Assembly (NCBI GenBank): GCA_016840035.1
Contig: JAEOTC010000121.1
Coordinates: forward strand, 33,962 to 97,961
Direction of reading: 5' to 3'
Length of the DNA: 64,000 nt
Source of the DNA: Candidatus Hodarchaeota archaeon
Lineage (GTDB): Archaea; Asgardarchaeota; Heimdallarchaeia; Hodarchaeales; Hodarchaeaceae
Below are positions 50,390-60,711 of this stretch, in pieces. The notes below the pieces were generated by a model. That model worked only from the letters and a program-made list of their open reading frames with translations. It searched no databases and was not told where the DNA came from. The position numbers were made by a program, and so were the translations under genes. Every line of letters starts with the position of its first letter. The first letter of the stretch is position 1.

Positions 50390-52339
50390 TCAATAATCCC
50401 AGAAATACTTTCGATAGAACTCTTCAATTTTCTCAGGTCCTGGGATTTTCATATTATCCCAGACATAGATAATTTCTTCCAGTTCTTTTTCGCAGGTTTG
50501 TCCTTTGAATAATTTTTTTAGGAAAGCACCACGTTCTTTGATGTCACGTTTAACGAAGGCAAGGTATTCTTTTTCACTATAGTAGCGAAGACGGTTAAAC
50601 ATCCGACCAAATCGTTTCATTTCCCACTTATTTTCAAGTTCACTCGGTTGTGGTAACATGATTCGTTCTCCAAAGATAGGATGGGGTAACCAACTCTCAA
50701 TTTTCCGATGTTCGGCTAAATCGAGAAGTTTCTTGGAATGTGGGACACGAATTTTCTTCCCTTGGCCTTGGTAAACTATCTCGCCTAGTTCGTTTCGTAG
50801 AATTTTTCCTGTATTCCGGTCAATCTTGGGAATAAAATCCCCATTTTCATCAGTTAGTCGAATTTGATTACCGTTCAGGTCGTGTTCACCAATTGCTCCC
50901 GTATTAATAACAATAAAAGCTAGCTTTCCATCGGGACCTAGACCCAAATCTCTATACATTTCCCATTTTAATAGTGCTTGATGACAATGCTCTCGTGCCA
51001 TAAAATCAGTAGCAGAGTAACTACGCACGCGTGTACCTGGTTTTTGAGCCGCAATGGCTGAAGTAATAATTGATTCGACCCCACTGTCTAGTGCCACTGC
51101 AACAATAGGATCAACAACTCGAAACATTGGATGCATATAGTCAAATCGTTTCATAGAAAGAACAACGGTTTTCAAATAGCGTGGTTCTTTACTCTTTCCC
51201 CAGTCAGGATTTAATTCTGAAAATAAGAAGATAAAGCGTCCATTGGTGGTGCCAGAACTATGATATCGAGTACATAATAGGGAACCAGGTTCCTTTCCTT
51301 CATCCGTTACAGGAATTTTTACTGTATAACCATTGATTTTTTTTAGTTTATAGCTCACATTTTCACAATCTATGTTCATGGCTAGGACAACGGGATGTTC
51401 TCCATTCTCATCAACTTCTTTAGATTTCATTAGACCTGGCCATTCAGGGCATAAAGGACCAAGGTTTTGTGATTTTGCAAAAGAACCCGCTTCTAATCCA
51501 ATTAATTGGACTTTTTCGATTTTATTGGTTTCAGGGTTTCGAATGATCTTCCCGATGCACGCATCATCTTGTTCAAGTTCTGGTCCGACCGTTAATGTAG
51601 TTTTCCCAGTACCAGATAGGCCTTTAAGAACTCTATCTGATGTCATTCCTGCATGATACGAAATAAAACCATCTGATTCCGCTTTATTCCAAACCATGGT
51701 TAGGTGAGGTTTCTTATACGCACCACCAAAATAATCTACTCGTAGACTGATGACCCGACGTTTATTTTGATCCATTTCCGTAAAATCATATAAGGTAATT
51801 GGCTCATTCGGATCAAAGTTTGGCCAAAACTCTCGAATTTCGTTTACATATCGTAATGGCAATCGTTCTTGGACAATAAAGTTCCAACAATCGATATTTT
51901 GGTTTTCTTTTGGTGGAAATACCATTAATTTCCCAAACCAGCCGATATAAGCGGAATGGGGGTTCTTTACACTAATTGCTACTCGAAGGCCAATTTCGTA
52001 TCCATGTTCTCCTTGAATTCCCTCCTGAACAATTATGGGTACTTTTTCCTCTCTAAGGTATCTAAGGACAACATCATATAATTTTTTCCCTCTTTCTCTA
52101 TCAAAAGCTCTTTGTCCCTGTCCTAAACGGTATCCTTCTGGTACCATGTAGTAGGCCCGATCAGGACGTCTTCCAGGTTGAGTAGATCCGAAAAGATATT
52201 GATGGTCTTTAGTATGAACATAATATCTTCGTAAAAAGATCCTAAACCAATCATGGTCAGGATTCTTAACAATCAGACTGTCTTTTGAAATCTGACAATC
52301 GTAACCAATATCGATAATGGCCTCAGTCACATCTTCCAT
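50390..52339 (-). CDS. phosphoenolpyruvate carboxykinase (ATP)-like protein, divergent and enlarged
   Basis: Kinase-1a motif GLSGTGKTTL as in PckA. Surrounding YFGGAYKK / YHAGMT align loosely to PckA. 649 aa against about 540. Confidence 0.5.
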   Translation of the reverse strand: MEDVTEAIIDIGYDCQISKDSLIVKNPDHDWFRIFLRRYYVHTKDHQYLFGSTQPGRRPDRAYYMVPEGYRLGQGQRAFDRERGKKLYDVVLRYLREEKVPIIVQEGIQGEHGYEIGLRVAISVKNPHSAYIGWFGKLMVFPPKENQNIDCWNFIVQERLPLRYVNEIREFWPNFDPNEPITLYDFTEMDQNKRRVISLRVDYFGGAYKKPHLTMVWNKAESDGFISYHAGMTSDRVLKGLSGTGKTTLTVGPELEQDDACIGKIIRNPETNKIEKVQLIGLEAGSFAKSQNLGPLCPEWPGLMKSKEVDENGEHPVVLAMNIDCENVSYKLKKINGYTVKIPVTDEGKEPGSLLCTRYHSSGTTNGRFIFLFSELNPDWGKSKEPRYLKTVVLSMKRFDYMHPMFRVVDPIVAVALDSGVESIITSAIAAQKPGTRVRSYSATDFMAREHCHQALLKWEMYRDLGLGPDGKLAFIVINTGAIGEHDLNGNQIRLTDENGDFIPKIDRNTGKILRNELGEIVYQGQGKKIRVPHSKKLLDLAEHRKIESWLPHPIFGERIMLPQPSELENKWEMKRFGRMFNRLRYYSEKEYLAFVKRDIKERGAFLKKLFKGQTCEKELEEIIYVWDNMKIPGPEKIEEFYRKYFWDY

Positions 52340-52629
52340 CTCTAATGGGTGAGTAATATACTATGTCAATTAATTTCGAATTGACTGTATGGAGTCGGCG
52401 ATTTTATTGGGTTTTTTATTTCTATTGTAATAAATTACAGCAAATTCAGCTTCAAATTGGAAATATATATCAGCAGGAAGATCTTTGGATAATAACATAG
52501 GTTATATCAGTAATACTCAATTACAGATATGGTACTTGATAATTATATAATCCGCTCAAGAGATCATTATAAGTGAGAGGAAAAGGGTCAAACATACCTG
52601 AGGAAGAATACATCGTGTCACGAGCAAAA

Positions 52630-53241
52630 ATGGACTTTGCTGAGGGAGTATTCCGTACAAATTTCAAGGTATGTGTGATTGGTGATGGAGGAGTAGGAAA
52701 AACCGCCCTTATCCAGCATTTATTGGGGAAAGAATTTTCCAGTAATTATTTACTGACCATTGGAACTGACATTTCCACCTTTCAGCTGGAACACAATGGT
52801 AAAATACTGAGTCTCCAGCTATGGGATCTTGCGGGACAATCACGGTTTGATGTCATTCGGAATATGTATTTTAGCGGTGCACGTGCCGGCGTACTTGTAT
52901 TTGATCTTACAAGACAAAATTCGTTACAATCATTGTCAAAATGGAAGGATGAGATTTTTACATACTCTGACAGAAAAATTCCAATCCTTCTTCTCGGAAA
53001 TAAATCTGACCTTAAAGACTCTCATTTTCCCTTTCTTGAAATGGTTGAAGGATTAAAAAACGAAATCGAACAGGAATACAATATAGTTTATGAAAATAAC
53101 CAGATCACCGTTCCATTTTTTCCCACTTCAGCAAAAACTGGTGAAAACGTTATCGAAGCATTTGAAGCTTTAGGGCAGGAACTACTTACTTACCAAAAGC
53201 AATTTACAATACTACAGAAGAAATCTCAAGAAGATTCGTAA
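52630..53241 (+). CDS. Rab/Ras-like small GTPase
   Basis: G1 GDGGVGKT, Rab-like switch I YLLTIGTDI, G3 WDLAGQ, G4 GNKSDL, G5 TSAKTGENV.EAF. GTG at 52573 gives a 19-aa longer form. No C-terminal prenylation Cys. Confidence 0.85.
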   Translation: MDFAEGVFRTNFKVCVIGDGGVGKTALIQHLLGKEFSSNYLLTIGTDISTFQLEHNGKILSLQLWDLAGQSRFDVIRNMYFSGARAGVLVFDLTRQNSLQSLSKWKDEIFTYSDRKIPILLLGNKSDLKDSHFPFLEMVEGLKNEIEQEYNIVYENNQITVPFFPTSAKTGENVIEAFEALGQELLTYQKQFTILQKKSQEDS

Positions 53242-53263
53242 AGTCATTTACCTAATTATGTCT

Positions 53264-54091
53264 TTAGAAGTATTCCTTCATTTTAGACAAGTGTAGACTT
53301 GCTAAATCCAAGGAAATCGGGGAAACAGTGATTTCTTTCTCATGGATTAAGACATAACTATCCGTCTCTTTCGGGAGATCATCTTGAACTTCACCCCACA
53401 ACCAATAAACTGGAATTTCTCGTGGATCCAACGCTTCAATAGCTTCGTCAATATACTTTACTGGACAAAGTTTAACAACTCTAATATTTGTTGTTAAATC
53501 GACACTATTTGGGAAGTTGATATTGAGAATGTTTACTGGTTTCGGGAGTGGATGAGATATAAGATGTGAAATAATTTCTTTAGCACGAATGGCCGCAATT
53601 TTGAATATTGAAGAAGAGTTCTGGGTTTTTTCGAAGAGCTCATTTTCAGGTAGTTCCAAAGAAAAGGCTAGAGAGGTAATTCCTAGAATTCCTCCCTCTA
53701 ATGCCGCTGCACATGTGCCTGAAGTAAAAATCGCGTGAATAGAGGTGTTATCGCCGTGATTTATCCCACTCAAAATAAAATCAGGTTTTTTATCGAAATG
53801 TTTTTTACATAATTTTTGACCGATTATAACGCTATCTGCTGGAGTTCCATTGACAGAATATGCCAAAATCTCTAGTTCGGGTAAAAAATCTTCTTCCCGA
53901 TGAATCCTAACTGGTCGAGTATAGGTTACTGATTTACCTTTTCCAGATTGTTGGGTTGAGGGAGCGATTACAATTACTTTCCCTAAACTGCTTATTTGAA
54001 TAGCTAATTCTTTTAAACCGACGGCATCTACCCCATCATCATTTGTTAATAGAAAAAGCAGATTTTTACTCTCCTTCAAGCAAAAAACCAA
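53264..54091 (-). CDS. surE: 5'/3'-nucleotidase SurE
   Basis: N-terminal LLTNDDGVDAVGL is the SurE signature. GINHGDN is also present. Confidence 0.85.
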   Translation of the reverse strand: MVFCLKESKNLLFLLTNDDGVDAVGLKELAIQISSLGKVIVIAPSTQQSGKGKSVTYTRPVRIHREEDFLPELEILAYSVNGTPADSVIIGQKLCKKHFDKKPDFILSGINHGDNTSIHAIFTSGTCAAALEGGILGITSLAFSLELPENELFEKTQNSSSIFKIAAIRAKEIISHLISHPLPKPVNILNINFPNSVDLTTNIRVVKLCPVKYIDEAIEALDPREIPVYWLWGEVQDDLPKETDSYVLIHEKEITVSPISLDLASLHLSKMKEYF

Positions 54092-54100
54092 GATTTTTTC

Positions 54101-55012
54101 TTATTTATTAATTTCTAATGAATAGAGGGAATAATTTTCAGAAATTGAGGGTTCAAACTTTAATAGTGTATTAGCAATCGTACTGCCTTCATCGGTACTT
54201 AGATGTAAAGGATACTTAGACCAACCTGCTTTGATGCATTCTTTGGCAATTTCTGGAAGTAAAAGTGACCATGTATCCTCAAAACCAGGACGAGTCGCCG
54301 TAAATCGTAAAAAAAGATAGGGCTCTTCACTAGAAGGACGATCTAACAATGGAGCACTCGCACTAAGATCCTGTTTTCCATCCGAGACAATTATACAGTG
54401 GCCATCTTTAAGTACTTTATTCTTGAAGTAGTCCTGGAAGAACTCTTCTGTTAGACCTGCTTCATGCAATTCTTTATCAGCTCTACCAAGCTCAATAAGT
54501 GATTCAATATCAATTTCTGTTGCAAGACGAGATGTATAGATCGAGGAAACATCAGAGGTTCGTTTACTGAGTTTTTCAATATCGAAACTATAATCTAAAC
54601 CTTTGACTTTGAGTTTAAAACCCTGTATTGTAAAAAACTCTTTTACTTTAGGCCACTTATGGTTAATCCAGTATTGAATTTCCTTAGGTCTTCGTGATTT
54701 TATATGCGCTAGCATATCCGAGAAGAGTTTATTCTGTATTTCTGGAGGACAATCCGTCGTTGCCCAAGGGTAGCCTAAGTAATAGATAGTAGTTGAGACT
54801 TGAGAAGCCTGAATATAAGCTAAGGGTTTATTATCTGCAGTAAAAGCATAACGTATCAAGCGAGGATCTTTTGAATTTTTGAGGATTTTTTTTTCGATAT
54901 CTTCTGCGCTAACATTGCTCCCAGTATTACTGTTAAATAAATCAGCTTGAATTTTTTCAAAACCTTTTCCTGACTCATAGAACTTATATTCCACTTTTTC
55001 CATACTTATCAC
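54101..55012 (-). CDS. hypothetical protein
   Basis: 303-aa soluble ORF, no recognised motif. Confidence 0.5.
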   Translation of the reverse strand: MISMEKVEYKFYESGKGFEKIQADLFNSNTGSNVSAEDIEKKILKNSKDPRLIRYAFTADNKPLAYIQASQVSTTIYYLGYPWATTDCPPEIQNKLFSDMLAHIKSRRPKEIQYWINHKWPKVKEFFTIQGFKLKVKGLDYSFDIEKLSKRTSDVSSIYTSRLATEIDIESLIELGRADKELHEAGLTEEFFQDYFKNKVLKDGHCIIVSDGKQDLSASAPLLDRPSSEEPYLFLRFTATRPGFEDTWSLLLPEIAKECIKAGWSKYPLHLSTDEGSTIANTLLKFEPSISENYSLYSLEINK

Positions 55013-55117
55013 TCTGGGAGTAAATTCACTAACTATGAGGGGTAATTTTTTTTTCTTTTTTAATGTACCTCTGAAGGCAAGAGCAAAGGAGGATTCTTCA
55101 TATGATCTCTGATGATA

Positions 55118-55648
55118 TCACGAAGTTTGAGCTTGAAAACTTACCAACAGCTGATCCAATTCCTCCAACATAATCTTTGTGGCGGATAATAGATTTTCAA
55201 GAGTATCATGAAAACGTTTTGTCTCAGCTCTTTCTCTAAGTTCTTTGCTTAAATTCCCCATTCGTTGTAAAGCACTTGTCATTGGTGAAACGTTATTTCT
55301 GAGTATATTAATGAAAGAAAGAATCATTCCAGAAAGAAGAACAACAGGTGTATTTGCCCGTTTTTCATATTGCCACTCCTTAGTATTTGGAATTTTAGTT
55401 TTAATAATTAGGGGAGGATTATCAGTTATTAACTTAATATTCCGTGAAACGGTTGATACAGAAATTCCTAATTTAGCAGCGATGTCTTTTTGAGTTAGAG
55501 GTTCATTAGAAAGTAATATCGTCATTAAGATACGTCCTGCATAAGGTCCAGCACCCGCACCAGTATCGAGCATTTGTTCGAATAAGGTGGTAAACTCAGA
55601 GATTACTTGGTTCAAGGTCTCCTCATCGGGAACATTTGAGGGCAACAT
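55118..55648 (-). CDS. HTH transcriptional regulator (TrmB/MarR-like)
   Basis: LTQKDIAAKLGISVSTVSRNIKLI is a classic HTH. Divergent from the giant MMPL gene. Confidence 0.55.
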   Translation of the reverse strand: MLPSNVPDEETLNQVISEFTTLFEQMLDTGAGAGPYAGRILMTILLSNEPLTQKDIAAKLGISVSTVSRNIKLITDNPPLIIKTKIPNTKEWQYEKRANTPVVLLSGMILSFINILRNNVSPMTSALQRMGNLSKELRERAETKRFHDTLENLLSATKIMLEELDQLLVSFQAQTS

Positions 55649-55792
55649 AGTTTCAACTTGATCTTCCTAGAATTTTTGCATTTTTTAATGTTTTCCATAA
55701 TTGCATACTATTGAAATATTTATAAAGGAGAAAGCGTTTAGTGCAATCTCGATGTTTATTTGAATTTCTAAATAAAAAACTGAGGGATTGTA

Positions 55793-58700
55793 TTGAGAAA
55801 CCCGTTTGAAATAATTGCAGATATAAATCAATCATATAAGAAATTTACTATTCCATTTGTTCTAATTTTAACCATCATGTTTGTACCTCTTGCTTTAAGA
55901 GGTATAGCAGCAACTAATGCTGATTTTGCAACATTTCTTCCACAAAATTTGGAATCAAGCCATGCTGACCAAATACTTGCCGAAGAGTTCCCAGATCAAT
56001 CAGAATCTAGTATTGTAATCTTACTCCAGAGTAAGAATGAGTCACTGGATATCTATAATGAACAGATTATTTCACTAATTCAGGATCTAGATTCAGGACT
56101 TGAAACTGAGGAAGATATTCCAGAGGTGAATTTGACCTCTTGGGTGTCATTGGAAGATAATGTGCAAGAAATTTTCCAAGAAACAATAATAGATCTCCAA
56201 TTAATGATTGCTGAGAACATGATACCGATATTGAATGATTATCAAGGTAATATCTCCATGATGAAGGAATTACTAGGTGAATTCACCATCTTAGCGAAAT
56301 CCATTGAATTATTTTCCCAGATGTTAGATTTTTACTTATTAACGTATTATGACTTTGCGAGGAGCATCTATTATCTTTCAAATCAGACAAATGCGTATGA
56401 ATCATATTTCCGTTCATCTGATTATAGTCCTCTTTATTCAGTTTGGGACAATACAACAGGAGAACTTAATCAACTTATGGTCCTTCAGGTATATCTGGCT
56501 ACATTCGATGTGATAGACCCACTGCTAATGCCCGATTTTATGATGGATGGATTGCTGAATGATTTAGTTTTAGGTTTTTTTAATCAATCAATGGGAAGTG
56601 TTGTGCCAGCTCCCTATATTCCTGCAGTCAATCAGCTTCTACTCCTTTTAAATAGTACTTGGAGTACGAACTTCGCTATTGAAACTCCAACTAACCAGTC
56701 CATGTATGGAGTTTTGGATTATTCACCAATCCCAACAGTTAATCAACTTCAACAACAATACATGCTTGGCCGATTAGTAAATGTATCGGTCTTAACTTTA
56801 AGTGATTTATTCACAGCAATTATGGCCGATCCTCAATTACAATCAAGTTTAGAATCCCTCCAAGACGTATTGGATTTGTCTGGAGATTTAATTCCAACAG
56901 TAAATAGTTCATTTATGGAAAGTTTGCATGATGCCCCACTTCAATATATGGGGTTATGGTTTGACCTTTCACGAGCAATCTATTATTTAAATAACGCTAC
57001 TGCAGCTTACCAAGATGGATTAAATAGCACTCATCTTGATATTATAAATAATACATGGGCTGGAGCACTGTACGGATTACCTAACCAAGATTATACTGTT
57101 TCAGCCTTAGCCTATACTTCAACAAGTATGCCAATTCCCCCGTCTGGATTCCCTCTCGGGGTAATAATGTCAACCAATTCTACCCTTGCAGACTCTACTA
57201 CTGATGATATAGTGTTTAATATCTTTAATGGTACTGCTTTTCAACAGTGGGCAATTGAGAACCCTGGGGATCTTCCAGGTTACTTCCAATCACAGGAGTA
57301 TCAATCTCTCCTTGTTTTAAGAGATACTTGGGCAACTTTTAGAGGAATATCTTCTCTTATAAATAATCCATTGTTTGGTGATTATGTTGGGATTCCTCCT
57401 GGAACTCCACTTGCAGAATTATCTCAGTTGGGTGTTATGGATCGATTGATGGACATTGCTAACTCTACATTCCAGGTTTATGCGAGTATGCTCTTTAGTA
57501 GTATGAACTTCAGTGAATCTGGAGTACCTCTTTCCTTGAAGATTGCGGAAACGGAATCGCTTAACTCGATAACTGAAGCTATAGGATTGACGATAAAGAA
57601 CGAAACAGAGCTACAGACCTTCGTAACACAGTTATCGGCTGGAATACTCACTCAATATATTGCTGATATTCCTATCAATATTTCAATCCTAACTACGGCA
57701 TTAAACACACAAATTATTCCATTGGCAGTGTTATATCGAGATTCCGGATTCCCAGATCAAGTTCTCCAAGATATTATTGTGAATCTGTTTATAACAATCC
57801 TTCAAAGCACTGATTTAACCTCATTTTTCGATCCCACCATGTTTGGAGAAACTGATCTTGGATCGTATGAGTTCAATATATCACAACTATTAACCTCGAT
57901 CAATTTCACAACACTAGTCGAAAATCTCTACCTTTCAACCATTCCTGGAAGCAATGTTACTACCACACTTATTGCAGCAGGAATCAGTCAAGGATTAATA
58001 TCGCAAATTACTTTAATTATTCCTGAACCAACGATTCACACCCTCCCTAATGCTGTAACTAAATCACTGATTTCTGCGGATAATAAAACCACTTTATTGG
58101 TAATTTCTTTCCCAAACAATGGTGAGGAAGAAAGTTATTCAGATTCTGTGGAAGCAATTCGAACATTGTTGCACCAGGTAGTTGTTGAAAATGATCTTGA
58201 GGATGATCTCGACTATTGGGTAACTGGGGGACTAGCCCAGTTATATGATAGTTCACACTCGATCAATGAGGATATTGAAACAGTGGATATCGTTGCAGTA
58301 ATATTAGTTGTATTACTCCTATCTCTCGTATTTCTAAGCATTATTGCACCAGTTATACCCTTACTGGCTATTGGTATTGCAATCGTTGAAGCTATTGGTT
58401 TCGTGTTTATTATTGTGACATTGGGTAGTCAAGAAATTCCTACATTGATGTTGGCACTCCTCTCTGTTACTATGCTCGGAGCAGGAGTTGATTATTGTCT
58501 GTTTATTTTATGGCGTTACAAGGAAGAACGACAATATGGACGGAACAGATATTTAGCAATCCGAGAAGCCACAATTCATGCAGGTGAATCTGTGGTATCA
58601 TCTGGTTCAACAGTTATGATTGGATTTGGTAGTCTTCTTCTATCAACATTTCCATTACTTAATCAACTCGGTTTAGGACCGATGGTTGGAATTGCGTTTT

Positions 58701-60418
58701 CACTGTTAGCTGCTTTGACGATTATTCCAATTTTTCTACATTTACTTGGAGATAAAGCATTTTTTCCACGTAATTTTGCGAAAGATTACGATAAAAATCG
58801 TGAAAGGATTCGGGCGGAGATTAAAGCCGAGAAAGAAGGCCGTAGGAGCGAGAATAAACCCCGTCGCTTCTCAATTAAATGGATGAGTCACTGGACAGTT
58901 AAACATCCTTGGCCTGTTATTTTAGCCTTCCTCGCAGTCACTGCATTCTTTGGTGTGAAAATGCTTGACATTCGTGTAAGTTACGACACCGCGGATCTAC
59001 TCCCTCTAAATGTGGAGTCCATGGATGGTTTTCAAGCAATGGAAGGTAACTTCCCCAAAGGCCAGCTGTACCCAATTAAGATCGTCTTAAAGTTTGAGGA
59101 TCCGCTTTCTGCCCCAACTGATCCGATGTATGACCTGACAAAGCTACAGCAGATAGAATCTTTTGCACAGGCTATAGAGCAAGAATTCAGATTAACATCA
59201 GGTGGAGAAACATTGGTTAGCCAAATTAATACGGTAACAAGGCCTAATGGAGTACCCATTAATTTCTCTGAATCCCTTGATCCGTTAACATTTGGATTAC
59301 TAACTCAATTTGTTGGTCCTACCACTAACACTACCGTTGTTCTTGATGTGGTTATGGATGTTGACCCAATAGGCGGTGAATCCCTTAGATTTGTTGGTAA
59401 TCTTCGTTTATTCGTGGAGGAATACCAAATCGACAATGAAGGAACCGTTTTTGGGACTCAGGACTTAGAAATAGTCATTGGGGGTACCACTGCACATTTC
59501 AAGGATATGTCAGAAATAATCGAACGCGAAACTCCCATGATCGTTGCTTTTGTATTGATAGGGATCTTTATTGTCTTATATCTGATAACTGGCTCACTTT
59601 TTACACCTATTCGCTTAGAACTGACTATTCTAATGACAGTTATCATCACGCTGGGTGCTAGCCAAATTTTCTTTGTAGAGTTCCTTGGTTATGGAATCTC
59701 ATGGGTAATGCCGATAATGTTATTTGTCTTAATCTTTGGATTAGGAATGGACTATGACATCTTCATTATCACACGAATGCGTGAAGAAGTGGCACTACGA
59801 GGATTATCAGATGAAGATGCAATTTTAGAAGCATTAGATAAAAGTTCAACCATTATCACAGCAGCAGGCCTTATCATGGCTTCTTCATTGGGCTCTCTCT
59901 ACGTAGGTGATTCGGCTATCCTTAAATTATTTGGTTTTGCATTTTTCGTAGGAATTTTATTAGATGCTACTCTTGTAAGGCAGTTACTTGTCCCTGCTAT
60001 CATGGTAGTTGCTAAAAGAGCCAATTGGTGGAATCCAATCAAAGCGCTACAGCGAGTACCTAGTGAAGAAAAACGAGAATGGATCCGTGAAGCTCAACTA
60101 GAGAAACTCGAGCAAGAACATAAACAAAAAGATCTAACTGATAATCAGTTGAAAGAATTCCGAGGAAAGATGAAAAAGTATTGGAAAGAAGTCTCAAAAC
60201 TTGAGAAAATGCGTAAAGAGATGTCAGACGATGAATATCTTAATAATTTGTCAAGAGTTGAGAAATCTATTAGGAATCTACCCCGTAATGTCCGTCAAAC
60301 TTTTATTCTCGATGTTCGAAGATTGATTGGGAAAATTGAGAAGTTACGTGACAAGACTGCAGGGAAGATCTACAATACGATCGAAATCGATAATCTCAAA
60401 TTTAAACTGGAGAAATAG
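55793..60418 (+). CDS. giant MMPL/RND-superfamily membrane protein (1541 aa)
   Basis: N-terminal TM1, then an ~800-aa extracytoplasmic domain and TM cluster 1 with the MMPL motif GAGVDYCLF. A second ~330-aa extracytoplasmic domain precedes TM cluster 2 with GLGMDYDIF, followed by a ~115-aa coiled-coil tail. Apparent TTG start. Confidence 0.8.
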   Translation: MRNPFEIIADINQSYKKFTIPFVLILTIMFVPLALRGIAATNADFATFLPQNLESSHADQILAEEFPDQSESSIVILLQSKNESLDIYNEQIISLIQDLDSGLETEEDIPEVNLTSWVSLEDNVQEIFQETIIDLQLMIAENMIPILNDYQGNISMMKELLGEFTILAKSIELFSQMLDFYLLTYYDFARSIYYLSNQTNAYESYFRSSDYSPLYSVWDNTTGELNQLMVLQVYLATFDVIDPLLMPDFMMDGLLNDLVLGFFNQSMGSVVPAPYIPAVNQLLLLLNSTWSTNFAIETPTNQSMYGVLDYSPIPTVNQLQQQYMLGRLVNVSVLTLSDLFTAIMADPQLQSSLESLQDVLDLSGDLIPTVNSSFMESLHDAPLQYMGLWFDLSRAIYYLNNATAAYQDGLNSTHLDIINNTWAGALYGLPNQDYTVSALAYTSTSMPIPPSGFPLGVIMSTNSTLADSTTDDIVFNIFNGTAFQQWAIENPGDLPGYFQSQEYQSLLVLRDTWATFRGISSLINNPLFGDYVGIPPGTPLAELSQLGVMDRLMDIANSTFQVYASMLFSSMNFSESGVPLSLKIAETESLNSITEAIGLTIKNETELQTFVTQLSAGILTQYIADIPINISILTTALNTQIIPLAVLYRDSGFPDQVLQDIIVNLFITILQSTDLTSFFDPTMFGETDLGSYEFNISQLLTSINFTTLVENLYLSTIPGSNVTTTLIAAGISQGLISQITLIIPEPTIHTLPNAVTKSLISADNKTTLLVISFPNNGEEESYSDSVEAIRTLLHQVVVENDLEDDLDYWVTGGLAQLYDSSHSINEDIETVDIVAVILVVLLLSLVFLSIIAPVIPLLAIGIAIVEAIGFVFIIVTLGSQEIPTLMLALLSVTMLGAGVDYCLFILWRYKEERQYGRNRYLAIREATIHAGESVVSSGSTVMIGFGSLLLSTFPLLNQLGLGPMVGIAFSLLAALTIIPIFLHLLGDKAFFPRNFAKDYDKNRERIRAEIKAEKEGRRSENKPRRFSIKWMSHWTVKHPWPVILAFLAVTAFFGVKMLDIRVSYDTADLLPLNVESMDGFQAMEGNFPKGQLYPIKIVLKFEDPLSAPTDPMYDLTKLQQIESFAQAIEQEFRLTSGGETLVSQINTVTRPNGVPINFSESLDPLTFGLLTQFVGPTTNTTVVLDVVMDVDPIGGESLRFVGNLRLFVEEYQIDNEGTVFGTQDLEIVIGGTTAHFKDMSEIIERETPMIVAFVLIGIFIVLYLITGSLFTPIRLELTILMTVIITLGASQIFFVEFLGYGISWVMPIMLFVLIFGLGMDYDIFIITRMREEVALRGLSDEDAILEALDKSSTIITAAGLIMASSLGSLYVGDSAILKLFGFAFFVGILLDATLVRQLLVPAIMVVAKRANWWNPIKALQRVPSEEKREWIREAQLEKLEQEHKQKDLTDNQLKEFRGKMKKYWKEVSKLEKMRKEMSDDEYLNNLSRVEKSIRNLPRNVRQTFILDVRRLIGKIEKLRDKTAGKIYNTIEIDNLKFKLEK

Positions 60419-60537
60419 TTTTCATATAACTACTCTCCAACTCTTTTTTCATTCTCTCTAGAAGATAACTTCTTATAAAAACGCTTAGAGGTATCACAAT
60501 TGAGCTCACAAGTTGAGCTTTAATAACATAAATCTGA

Positions 60538-60583
60538 TGGCTCTTCAGAGGAAGGTGTGAAGACTTGTGTTAGTGAAGAGCCA
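60538..60583. repeat. 10-bp perfect inverted repeat (TGGCTCTTCA / TGAAGAGCCA) with 26-nt spacer
   Basis: Read directly in the intergenic region between the MMPL gene and the hybrid kinase. A-run on the plus strand and T-run on the minus strand flank it. Confidence 0.4.
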
Positions 60584-60711
60584 AAAAAGATGCCCAATAA
60601 GTCTCGTATAAATAACTGAGATTCTAACTATTAATTCGATGAGTTTATTTGGATTGATCTTTTAAGTGGAAATTCTATCATTCATTCAAAGTCATCATTG
60701 AGGAGGAAAAA

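Noticed and set aside
50390-52339. Reading the GLSGTGKTTL protein as HPr kinase or a generic P-loop NTPase
   Set aside because: HPrK uses GxSGxGKS and is about 310 aa. The exact PckA kinase-1a heptad and the upstream YxGG block favour a PckA-like assignment, though weakly.
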